Origin: a virus
Taxonomy: Duplodnaviria > Caudoviricetes
DNA: 50,574 nt
Virus record (IMG/VR): IMGVR_UViG_3300032226_000543
Span: 1-50,574 of that record
Direction: 5' to 3' (one strand)
The number at the start of each line of letters is the position of its first letter. The stretch's first letter is position 1. The position numbers and the translations under genes are program-made. The notes beneath the pieces were generated by a model. That model was not told the origin of the DNA. It saw only the letters and a program-made list of their open reading frames with translations, and did no database searches. Below, piece by piece: positions 30,833 through 39,248 of the stretch.

Positions 30833-32380
30833 ATGGCATACCAAATAGACAGATTTAACGGAACATTTTTAGTTTCAGTCGATGATCAAACACTGAACAG
30901 TACCGCTACGGATCTGCGCTTTGTAGGTCGTAATTACAGTGGATACGGTGAAATTGAAAATGAAAACTTTCTGCATTTGCTGGAAAATTTTGCCAACAGT
31001 TCGGCACCTCCTAGAGCTATTTCTGGGCAAACATGGTTTGACACCAGCACCAAGAAATTAAAGATCTACGACGGCAATAAGTTTAAAGTAACAACAGGTG
31101 CAGAATCAAGTGCATCTGCCCCATCGGGACTAGCAGTAGGCGACTTTTGGTGGGACAATCAAAACGAACAAATTCGAGTTTGGAACGGTGCTGAGTTTAT
31201 ACTAGTTGGACCTGAAAAATCTCCAATATACGGCGACACAGCAACAGTACCAGCAGTGGTAAAAGACTCAGTCGGTAGCGATCAACAGATTATCAAGTTC
31301 CAAGTTGGTGGAGAAACTATCGCTATCGTTAGTAGATCAATATTTAATCTCAATGGAGTTATAAATCCCATTACAGGATTTGGTCTATTAAAACCCGGCA
31401 TTAACTTTATCAACAGTGATCCAACTACAGGTGAAACCACCAGCACTCACAGATTTATTGGAACAGCATCAAATGCAGAAAGACTTGGCGGATTTTCAGC
31501 CGCTGACTTTCTAAGATCTGCCAATACTACTTTTGAGTCTCAAGTAAGTTTTAAAGACAGCGGAGTTGTTATCGGTGATCAGAATGATTTGCGCATATCA
31601 ATTTTAAATGGATCAACTCCTGCTATAGAAAGCACACTGAATACACCTTTTATATTTAGAATATCAAACGGCGGTGGTGACATCAAAGATATTGCAGTAG
31701 TTAAGACTACTGGTATTGACCCTGGTTCAAATGGATTGTATGATTTAGGATCTACTGCTGCCAAGTGGAAACAAATCAATGCAGAAACAGTTCGTGCAAC
31801 AACATTCTATGGTAAGTTTGTTGGCGCGATTGAAAGTACTGATACCGGAATTCCACTGAATTTTAATTCTGTAGCAATTACAGGTAACTATTCACAATCA
31901 GGTGCAGACAAAAATTTTACAGTTGCGGTAACTGGAACAGGAACTATACAATTAAGTTCAGGGGCAACTGGCTCCTTAAACAATTTTAACATTGGAGCGA
32001 CTACTCCGGGAACTGCGGTCTTTACTACACTAGCGTCAAGTGGCACAGTAACTTTTACAAATACTTCTGCGAGTACTGGAGTTGGAACAGGTGCATTAGT
32101 TGTAGCAGGCGGTGCCAGTGTTGGCGGCACAATGTATGTGCAAGGTAACGGAATATTTGCAGGAACTGGCGCAATGAAAGTGCCTACAGGTACAACAGGT
32201 ACAAGACCTGCAACACCCTTGCAAGGCATGATTAGATTTAATACCACAGACGGAGAATGGGAAGGTTGGGACGGTGTCGAATGGAGATTCATCGGCGCAG
32301 ATGCCAACGAAGATTACGGATTAATCACTTCTCTAGTTGATGTGTTTGTAGATTACGGCAGTTTAACAGGTTTAACATAA
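30833..32380 (+). CDS. Tail fibre-like virion protein (paralogue 4)
   Basis: Shared N-terminal module GRNYSGYGEIENENFLHLLENFA; YDLGSTAAKW; C-terminal PTGTTGTRP...GMIRFNT...EGWDG.EW fibre motif. Confidence 0.72.
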   Translation: MAYQIDRFNGTFLVSVDDQTLNSTATDLRFVGRNYSGYGEIENENFLHLLENFANSSAPPRAISGQTWFDTSTKKLKIYDGNKFKVTTGAESSASAPSGLAVGDFWWDNQNEQIRVWNGAEFILVGPEKSPIYGDTATVPAVVKDSVGSDQQIIKFQVGGETIAIVSRSIFNLNGVINPITGFGLLKPGINFINSDPTTGETTSTHRFIGTASNAERLGGFSAADFLRSANTTFESQVSFKDSGVVIGDQNDLRISILNGSTPAIESTLNTPFIFRISNGGGDIKDIAVVKTTGIDPGSNGLYDLGSTAAKWKQINAETVRATTFYGKFVGAIESTDTGIPLNFNSVAITGNYSQSGADKNFTVAVTGTGTIQLSSGATGSLNNFNIGATTPGTAVFTTLASSGTVTFTNTSASTGVGTGALVVAGGASVGGTMYVQGNGIFAGTGAMKVPTGTTGTRPATPLQGMIRFNTTDGEWEGWDGVEWRFIGADANEDYGLITSLVDVFVDYGSLTGLT

Positions 32381-32398
32381 TACCAGGAGCATTTAGGA

Positions 32399-32971
32399 AT
32401 GGCAAAAAGAATACAATTTAGACGAGGAACCACAACAGAACACGCAGCGTTCGTTGGAGCACCTGGCGAATTAACTATTGACACTACCAAAAAAACAGTA
32501 GTGGTACATGATGGTGTTACTCCTGGCGGATTCCCTGCAAGTCGTCTTGAGTCGGTAGACGGTACTTCAACATTTAACGGGCAGGTTAGAATAACCAATG
32601 CTGCTGCCAGTACTTCTACAACGACCGGATCATTAATAGTTAGTGGCGGTGTTGGAGTTGCTGGTAGAGTAACTGCTAGTAATTTTGTTGAAACATCAAC
32701 TATTACTGTTAAAGAAAATGTAAATCCCATATTAAATGCATTAAACAGCATCATGCAATTGACCGGAGTTATTTATGATAGAAAAGACAAGTCGTCAATC
32801 AATGAACCTGGACTGATTGCAGAAGACGTCGATAAAGTATTGCCTAATCTAGTATCAAAAGATTCGGAAGGAAATCCTTACGGGATACATTACACCAAGT
32901 TAGTTGCCTATTTGATTGAAGCGGTTAAAGATCAGCAACAACAGATTGAAGAATTAAAGAAAAAGGTATAA
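32399..32971 (+). CDS. Short fibre protein: Mtd_N/hyaluronidase-type N-terminus plus peptidase S74 intramolecular chaperone
   Basis: IQFRRGTT...GELTIDTTKKTVVVHDGVTPGG at the N-terminus; SxxxxKEN...GLIAEDV...LP.LV...Y..LVAYLIEAVK and a coiled-coil end at the C-terminus. Confidence 0.8.
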   Translation: MAKRIQFRRGTTTEHAAFVGAPGELTIDTTKKTVVVHDGVTPGGFPASRLESVDGTSTFNGQVRITNAAASTSTTTGSLIVSGGVGVAGRVTASNFVETSTITVKENVNPILNALNSIMQLTGVIYDRKDKSSINEPGLIAEDVDKVLPNLVSKDSEGNPYGIHYTKLVAYLIEAVKDQQQQIEELKKKV

Positions 32972-32972
32972 A

Positions 32973-34775
32973 ATGGCCTATCAAGTTAACCGATATAACG
33001 GTTCATTTTTAGTTTCAGTTGCTGATGGCACGATTGATTCAACTACCAACATTAGATTTGTTGGTAAAAACTACGCCGGTTACGGACAGGTTCAGAATGA
33101 AAACTTCCTACATCTTCTAGAACATTTTGCCGGAGCGGTTCAACCTAGCAAACCACTTGCAGGTCAGTTATGGTACGACAGTACAGATAGAAAAATCAAA
33201 GTTTATGACGGCACAAGGTTTAGACCAGTTGGCGGAGCTAATGCAACAGCCACAGCTCCATTGGGACTAAGTGCTGGTGAATTTTGGTTTGACAGTCTTG
33301 CACAGCAATTATATTGTTGGACCGGTAGCGAATACACGCTAATCGGCCCAGAAAGCCCAAACACACTAGGTGAAACCAGTGTTACATCATTAACTGTTAA
33401 AGACGATGGCAACGAAAATAGAACTATTGCTAGAATTAAATCTGGCGGCGTTGATATTGCCATTGTTAGTAAAGATACTTTTAATTTAAGTAATGCCGAT
33501 AAAACAACATTACCCAGCTTTGGAAGAATAAAAAAAGGTATTACGCTAATTGGCACTGATAACGATGATGGCACTACAACAACAGCCAGCGGAGCAGTAA
33601 TCTGGGGTACAGCATCATCTGCTCAAAGATTAGTTAATGCTGACAATAGTTCAATATTTTACACCAGCAATGATATTGTATTAAAAGCTCAACCAATATT
33701 TCCTTCGGTGGTAGATTTTAGTGCTAACGGTTTTACATTTTCAGCCAGTGCCGCAGTTAAGGCATCGATGTTTTTAGAAGATGCTTCAAACATTGTTATC
33801 CAAAATCAATCAGCAAGTAATATTAAATTCAAAATCAGAATTTCGTCTACTGAAACAAGAACGCTGGCCAACATTACCAGCTCAGCAATATTGCCAGGAA
33901 CAGATAGTGTCTATAACTTAGGCAGTGATGAAATTCGTTGGTATCAGGTATTTGCAGACAACATTGCCGGTAATCTTGTTGGTGATGTTTTAGGAAATAT
34001 TTCTGGCAATGTAAAAGCTATAGACACAACAATATTAATCAACGCCACTTCAAAGCAGATTGGTTATAGTGGAGCAAACATAGTAGGTAATCTAACAGGT
34101 AATGTTGTAGGTAATCTAACAGGAAATGCATCAAGCGCCACCAATGCCAATAGATTAAACAACGTTGAAGCCAGCGATGCAGCAACGGTGTCTACTATTG
34201 CTTCGAGAACTGCCAGCGGCAATCTAGTGGCCAATCAGTTTATCGGAACCGCTGATAGAGCAGACCGCATTAAAATTGACAACGATGCTGCTGATAATCC
34301 TGCTTCTGCTTATAAAACTGCAAAAACAACAAAAACAGCCAATACAATTGCTGCTAGAGACAGTAGTGGAAATTTAAGTGCCAATGTGTTCAACGGTACA
34401 GCCACAGCAGTTCAAGGTGCCGATCTTGCTGAAAAGTATCTAGCAGACAAAGAGTATGATGTTGGCACAGTGGTAATTGTAGGCGGCGAACAAGAAGTTA
34501 CAGCCAGTATCTGGGTAGGTCAACGAGCAGTTGGTGTAGTTAGTGGTGCACCTGGTCTAATGATGAATCAAGATCTAGAAGGAGGCACCTATATTGCCCT
34601 TAAAGGTCGTGTGCCAGTTCGAGTAATTGGCCATGTACGCAAAGGCGACAGACTAGTTGCTGCTCCAGATGGGTGTGCAATAGCCAGTGAAGACGCTAAT
34701 GCCAATACTTTTGCCGTAGCGTTAGAATCTAGCTTAAATACAGAAGTAAAATTAATTGAAGCAATTGTTCTTTAA
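32973..34775 (+). CDS. Tail fibre-like protein (paralogue 5) with C-terminal peptidase G2-like autocleavage/chaperone domain
   Basis: Shared N-terminal module; GNLTG repeats; C-terminal ADLAEKY..D..Y..GTVV...GVVS..P...MN...IALKGRVPVRV.G.VRKGDRLV. Confidence 0.75.
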   Translation: MAYQVNRYNGSFLVSVADGTIDSTTNIRFVGKNYAGYGQVQNENFLHLLEHFAGAVQPSKPLAGQLWYDSTDRKIKVYDGTRFRPVGGANATATAPLGLSAGEFWFDSLAQQLYCWTGSEYTLIGPESPNTLGETSVTSLTVKDDGNENRTIARIKSGGVDIAIVSKDTFNLSNADKTTLPSFGRIKKGITLIGTDNDDGTTTTASGAVIWGTASSAQRLVNADNSSIFYTSNDIVLKAQPIFPSVVDFSANGFTFSASAAVKASMFLEDASNIVIQNQSASNIKFKIRISSTETRTLANITSSAILPGTDSVYNLGSDEIRWYQVFADNIAGNLVGDVLGNISGNVKAIDTTILINATSKQIGYSGANIVGNLTGNVVGNLTGNASSATNANRLNNVEASDAATVSTIASRTASGNLVANQFIGTADRADRIKIDNDAADNPASAYKTAKTTKTANTIAARDSSGNLSANVFNGTATAVQGADLAEKYLADKEYDVGTVVIVGGEQEVTASIWVGQRAVGVVSGAPGLMMNQDLEGGTYIALKGRVPVRVIGHVRKGDRLVAAPDGCAIASEDANANTFAVALESSLNTEVKLIEAIVL

Positions 34776-34785
34776 GGATTAAGAA

Positions 34786-35679
34786 ATGGCAGGATCAGGA
34801 ACCACCGCCCTTGCAACAGATGTTAGTACTCCGTATAATACAGGTATTGCTATTATGGGTACAGGATCAGTATCACGAGGCTACGGGCAAACTACATTTG
34901 GTGCCACAAAAAATGTAGGTGATACTATTACGGCTAACGATTTTAATAATATTCGTTATGATCTGTTGAATGCCAGTGCTCATCAAAACGGATCATCGGC
35001 CGCACTTAGCTTAGCCGGCAACATTGCTGGCGCTGTAATTAATTCTACAGATCCTAATGCATTTGCTCCGTATGCCACAACAATAGACAATGACAGATTT
35101 AACTGCCATAGTTCTAGAAAAACAACTGTTTCTGCTGGCGGCAACTCAAGAACAAGTTCTTGGGCAAGCAGTGTTAGTGGAGTGTTTCAGTTACAGTTTG
35201 CAAATGCAAATCAAGCAAGATTTTTTTGGAATGGTGGTGGAAAGATACGATTTGCTAGTTCAAGAACGGGCGGAGATGTATCAGCACAAAATACAGCTTG
35301 GAGTAGTCTTCTTTCCTCGGCCGGCACACAGGAATTTGGCGGAAGTGCTGTTTACGGATGGAGTAACACAGGAGTACAAATATATAGTATTAGTTCCAGT
35401 GCTCCGTACGCATCTAATACCTATAGAATAGAAGCAGCAACAAATGTAAATAATTCTGCTGGAGCCGCAAGCCTCTTTCTTTTCAGCCTGCAATGGACCG
35501 ATCCATATTCTGATCCAAGTCCCGGAAACCCACCTGCGCCAGAAGATATTGTAAATGGTACATTAGCATATACTGTTGAAATTACATACCCAACTGGCGG
35601 CCATGCGCTTACTCCTAGCGGTACCTGGACTAGTTATAGAGAAGTTACTTCTTTTGCAGGTGCAATAATAGGCGGATAA
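34786..35679 (+). CDS. Putative virion structural protein (G/S/T/A-rich, beta-rich)
   Basis: GYGQ, ITANDFNNIRYDL and FANANQARFFWNGGGKIRF motifs; last gene of the fibre block. Confidence 0.55.
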   Translation: MAGSGTTALATDVSTPYNTGIAIMGTGSVSRGYGQTTFGATKNVGDTITANDFNNIRYDLLNASAHQNGSSAALSLAGNIAGAVINSTDPNAFAPYATTIDNDRFNCHSSRKTTVSAGGNSRTSSWASSVSGVFQLQFANANQARFFWNGGGKIRFASSRTGGDVSAQNTAWSSLLSSAGTQEFGGSAVYGWSNTGVQIYSISSSAPYASNTYRIEAATNVNNSAGAASLFLFSLQWTDPYSDPSPGNPPAPEDIVNGTLAYTVEITYPTGGHALTPSGTWTSYREVTSFAGAIIGG

Positions 35680-35693
35680 TATTTTGTGCTCCT

Positions 35694-35726
35694 AACATAG
35701 CTGGTAAATAAACTGCTATGTTTATT
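35694..35726 (+). terminator. Hairpin/intrinsic terminator candidate closing the fibre operon
   Basis: Perfect 8-bp inverted repeat AACATAGC (35694-35701) / GCTATGTT (35715-35722) running into TTTATT. Confidence 0.5.
35703..35710 (+). promoter_or_regulatory. Putative late promoter for the GT/radical SAM cluster
   Basis: GGTAAATA, identical to the 8-mer at 2577, lies inside the hairpin; GGAGA Shine-Dalgarno at 35728-35732 and ATG at 35737. Confidence 0.5.
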
Positions 35727-35736
35727 CGGAGACCAA

Positions 35737-36087
35737 ATGGACGACAGATTATCTAAGGCTCTAGAGTTTGCCAATTATCGACAAACTTTGGCCATCCAAA
35801 GAAAAACCCTTAAAGAAAAAATTGCTGCCAAGTTGACCTACGGCCATGCCGGCGGTCTGTTCAAAATTGATCGCGAGCTTATTGTATTTGTACAGATGCT
35901 GATCGATCAAGGTCGTGTAGAAAATGTACCTTTTGTTGACGAAAACGGAAATCCAGTACTGGTAGCTGACCTACACTCTTTTAAAGATGAAATCATAGAC
36001 AGGTACTTTACTGCTACCTATGAATACTATGAAGACTACCAAAAGATTAAATCTAGTAGAACAGTTGAAAAGTTATTGGATGTATGA
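35737..36087 (+). CDS. Hypothetical protein, first gene of the GT cluster
   Basis: 116-aa ORF with a good SD; stop overlaps the next start (ATGA). Confidence 0.75.
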   Translation: MDDRLSKALEFANYRQTLAIQRKTLKEKIAAKLTYGHAGGLFKIDRELIVFVQMLIDQGRVENVPFVDENGNPVLVADLHSFKDEIIDRYFTATYEYYEDYQKIKSSRTVEKLLDV

Positions 36088-36944
36088 CACGAGGCGTACT
36101 AATATTTGCCCACAATAGTCCCGAAGTTGACTACGGACTAATGGCCACAATTGCAGGCGGACTTGCCAAGAAAAATCTAGGCGTGCCTGTGAGTTTGGTT
36201 ACAGATTCTGGCACATTGTCTTGGCTAGAAGAATCCGGTACCTTAATCAAAGCTCAGGCAGTCTTTGATCAAATTATAGAAGTGGCCAGACCTTACACTA
36301 AGAATGTAAGAAATTTGCATGACGGATTTGAAAGCAAAGTTATTCCATTTGTAAACTCAAATAGATACAGTGTGTGGGAACTTAGCCCCTATGATCAAAC
36401 GCTGCTGATAGACAGCGATTATTTAATCTTTTCTAACAAATTAAACGAGTATTGGTCAGTGGATGCTCCGGTAATGATGGGGCACAGTATGACAGATCTT
36501 ACTGGGGAGCGTGGCGGAATCTTAGATAGTCGTGTGAGCGAAACTGGCGTACACATGTTCTGGGCCACAACTGTGATGTTTAACAAGAGTGCAGAAAGTG
36601 AATTCTTTTTTAAGCTAGTGGACTTTGTCAAAGACAACTATATCTACTATGCAGATCTGTTCCGTTTCAATCCCAAGCAGTTTAGAAACGACATTGCATT
36701 TAGTGTGGCCAAACACATCATGAATGGATTTGAAACTGAGTTTGCCTATACACTTCCTCCTATTCTAACAGTGTTTGACAAAGATATTTTGCACAGTGTT
36801 GATAACAACAAACTGACATTTTTAGTTAGTCAGCCACATGATGTTGCAGGTTTTTGGGCCACTGCAACTAAAGGTGTTGATGTTCATATCATGAATAAAC
36901 AAAGCATAATCAGAAACGCAAACAGTCTTCTGGGGTTGATATGA
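36084..36944 (+). CDS. Glycosyltransferase-like protein (GT-A fold, GT8-like)
   Basis: N-terminal strand RGVLIFA; SPYDQTLLIDSDYL containing a DxD motif; WATTVMF and FRNDIAFS segments. Confidence 0.7.
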   Translation: MTRGVLIFAHNSPEVDYGLMATIAGGLAKKNLGVPVSLVTDSGTLSWLEESGTLIKAQAVFDQIIEVARPYTKNVRNLHDGFESKVIPFVNSNRYSVWELSPYDQTLLIDSDYLIFSNKLNEYWSVDAPVMMGHSMTDLTGERGGILDSRVSETGVHMFWATTVMFNKSAESEFFFKLVDFVKDNYIYYADLFRFNPKQFRNDIAFSVAKHIMNGFETEFAYTLPPILTVFDKDILHSVDNNKLTFLVSQPHDVAGFWATATKGVDVHIMNKQSIIRNANSLLGLI

Positions 36945-37777
36945 ACTTTGGATATCTAGTATTTGTAGCGGCACACCCTGACATAGATTATCTCAAGTTG
37001 GCCTATGCTCTAGCATTGAGTATTAAAAATACACAAAAGCAGGGTTACGATCGAGTGGCATTAGTTATCAATGATAAATCTCTTGTTGACAATCTAAATA
37101 GTCCTTGGGTATTTGACCAAGTCATAGAGTGGCCCGAACAGAAGTTTTGGGACGGTCGTTCGTGGATGGATACTGTAACACCTTGGGAACATACAGTTTG
37201 CCTAGATGCTGACATGCTGTTCCTTAGAGATTATAGTCACTGGATTGATTATTTTGTAGAAAACACAAATCTTTATGTAGCTAACCGTGCGTTCACATTT
37301 AGAGGCGAAGTGGTTACCAGTGATGCTTACCGCAAAGCCTTTACCAAAAACGATTTGCCTAATCTATATTCAATGTGGACATTCTTCAAGAAAGACAGCA
37401 GTAAAGAATTCTTTGAACTTGCACGACAAATTTTTATCAATCCACAAGAATTTAAAAATCTCTACCTAAGTAACCATGCGCCTAAAGTTATAGGAACAGA
37501 TGAAGCATTTGCCCTAGCGGCCAAGTTGTTAGACATTGACAGTGAAATAGCCTACCCTTTGGATTTTCCTAGAGTTGTACACCTAAAGCCCCAGGTGCAG
37601 AATTGGCCATGGGATGCTGACAGGGTAACTGATCAAGTGGGATTTTATCTCAAAGGTAATGGTAGTTTAAAGATTGGCAATTATCAACAGACCGACATTG
37701 TGCATTATGTTGAAAAAGATATAATCACAGATGAACTTGTTAGCATGTTAGAGGAGATAGCATGGAAGAAAAACTAG
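36941..37777 (+). CDS. Glycosyltransferase-like protein (GT-A fold), paralogue of the previous gene
   Basis: YLKLAYALALSIK; TPWEHTVCLDADMLF containing DxD; GTDEAFALA and VHLKP. Confidence 0.72.
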   Translation: MNFGYLVFVAAHPDIDYLKLAYALALSIKNTQKQGYDRVALVINDKSLVDNLNSPWVFDQVIEWPEQKFWDGRSWMDTVTPWEHTVCLDADMLFLRDYSHWIDYFVENTNLYVANRAFTFRGEVVTSDAYRKAFTKNDLPNLYSMWTFFKKDSSKEFFELARQIFINPQEFKNLYLSNHAPKVIGTDEAFALAAKLLDIDSEIAYPLDFPRVVHLKPQVQNWPWDADRVTDQVGFYLKGNGSLKIGNYQQTDIVHYVEKDIITDELVSMLEEIAWKKN

Positions 37778-38358
37778 ATCTTGCTCCCTTTGACGAGTGG
37801 ATTAAAACGCTGGAAGTTCCCGAAGAAACTTATTTCTTTGAATTTGATGATGACGGAAATGTTATAGCATTACATCCAGGTCCAGCAGTTGATCATATCA
37901 AAAATAAAATACAAGTTAACCTTGACATTGCACTAGCAATCTATGAGCAAGGCGAAACTCTACGACATTACAAAGTGGATGTCACTTCCGGTAGAGTTAT
38001 AAAAGTAAATCTTGCCAATATAACAGGCCTTACTAAAATAGACAATGTGTTACACAGAGTTGTTGATAAAAAGTGGAGTAAGATTTCTAAGCCTGATGTT
38101 AGCATAGAATACAACAAAGCAGATGCTCTATTAACATTTAAGATTAATCCTTTATTAAAAACCATAGAATGGCAAGGCGATCAGGACATGGTATTTCTAA
38201 TAACAGAATACAATGATCCTAATGTGTTACAAGAAATGATTAGCTTTAATGTTAACGAATTAGTAAAGTATCCTCAAAGAATTAATATAGATCTTCCTAA
38301 TAAATTTAGCATTTATACACGACGACTTTTTGACAACTATACATTTGAATATCTATGA
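37762..38358 (+). CDS. Hypothetical protein
   Basis: 198-aa ORF with SD GAGGAG upstream; overlaps both neighbours. Confidence 0.7.
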   Translation: MEEKLDLAPFDEWIKTLEVPEETYFFEFDDDGNVIALHPGPAVDHIKNKIQVNLDIALAIYEQGETLRHYKVDVTSGRVIKVNLANITGLTKIDNVLHRVVDKKWSKISKPDVSIEYNKADALLTFKINPLLKTIEWQGDQDMVFLITEYNDPNVLQEMISFNVNELVKYPQRINIDLPNKFSIYTRRLFDNYTFEYL

Positions 38359-39248
38359 GAACAGTAGAATTTGATATTATTTTCCTTAGTTATGATGAGC
38401 CTAATGCTGATCAGCACTATGCTGATCTATGCAATAAAGTGCCTTGGGCCAAACGCATACATGGAGTTAAAGGTAGTGATGCTGCACACAAAGCCGCAGC
38501 AAGAGCCAGTGACACTGAGTGGTTTATCACTGTAGATGGCGATAACATTGTAGATCCAAAATTCTTTTCGCTTGATATTGATATGAGTAAACCTGAAATA
38601 CAGGCATACGGTTGGTGCGGCCGTAACAGAATTAATGGGTTAAGGTATGGTAACGGCGGTCTTAAGATTTGGCGGAAAGACTTTGTGTTGAATATGAAAA
38701 CACACGAAGAAAGTACCAGTGATCGTGCTCAGGTTGATTTTTGTTGGGAAAATGGTTATAAAAATTTTCCCAAGGTCTATAGTGAAAGCATAATAAATGG
38801 TAGTAAATTTCAAGCATGGAGAGCAGGGTTCCGTGAAGGTGTAAAAATGACACTGTTGGATGGGGTACGGGTTCCTGTTGACGAAATAAAACAGCGCATT
38901 TGGTGGCATAATTTACATAGATTAAAAATTTGGTCAACAGTAGGTGCTCACGAAGAACATGGTTCATATGCAATCCACGGAGCAAGACTAGGCCAATGGA
39001 TGGCCAACTGCACTGACTGGAATTATATCGATGTTAGAGATTTTGAAATATTAAAAAATATATACAATGAAAATGTCAAACATGAAAATTTAGAACACGA
39101 TATACAAGACTTAGGATATCGTATTAAAAAAGATATGGGGTTTGATTATCCTTATTTAAATGCACAACAAAGCAAGTACACGCTGGATATCTATGACGAA
39201 GCCATAGACTTGGGTCTAACCTATTATGCGGTGGTTGAAAATGTATGA
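38355..39248 (+). CDS. Glycosyltransferase-like protein (GT2-like, GT-A fold)
   Basis: DIIFLSYDEPNAD...RIHGVKGSDAAHKAAA...WFITVDGDN (DxD)...YGNGGLKIW...AWRAGFREGVKM. Confidence 0.7.
   Translation: MRTVEFDIIFLSYDEPNADQHYADLCNKVPWAKRIHGVKGSDAAHKAAARASDTEWFITVDGDNIVDPKFFSLDIDMSKPEIQAYGWCGRNRINGLRYGNGGLKIWRKDFVLNMKTHEESTSDRAQVDFCWENGYKNFPKVYSESIINGSKFQAWRAGFREGVKMTLLDGVRVPVDEIKQRIWWHNLHRLKIWSTVGAHEEHGSYAIHGARLGQWMANCTDWNYIDVRDFEILKNIYNENVKHENLEHDIQDLGYRIKKDMGFDYPYLNAQQSKYTLDIYDEAIDLGLTYYAVVENV

Noticed and set aside
25216-32971. Diversity-generating retroelement suggested by the Mtd_N-like domain and fibre repeats
   Set aside because: No reverse transcriptase in the window and no repeat pair differing only at adenines was seen. 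Mtd_N is only an anchoring domain. A remote template outside the window cannot be excluded.
34083-34123. 17-bp direct repeat GTAGGTAATCTAACAGG with 24-bp period
   Set aside because: It encodes the VGNLTG fibre shaft repeat and is an ordinary coding duplication.
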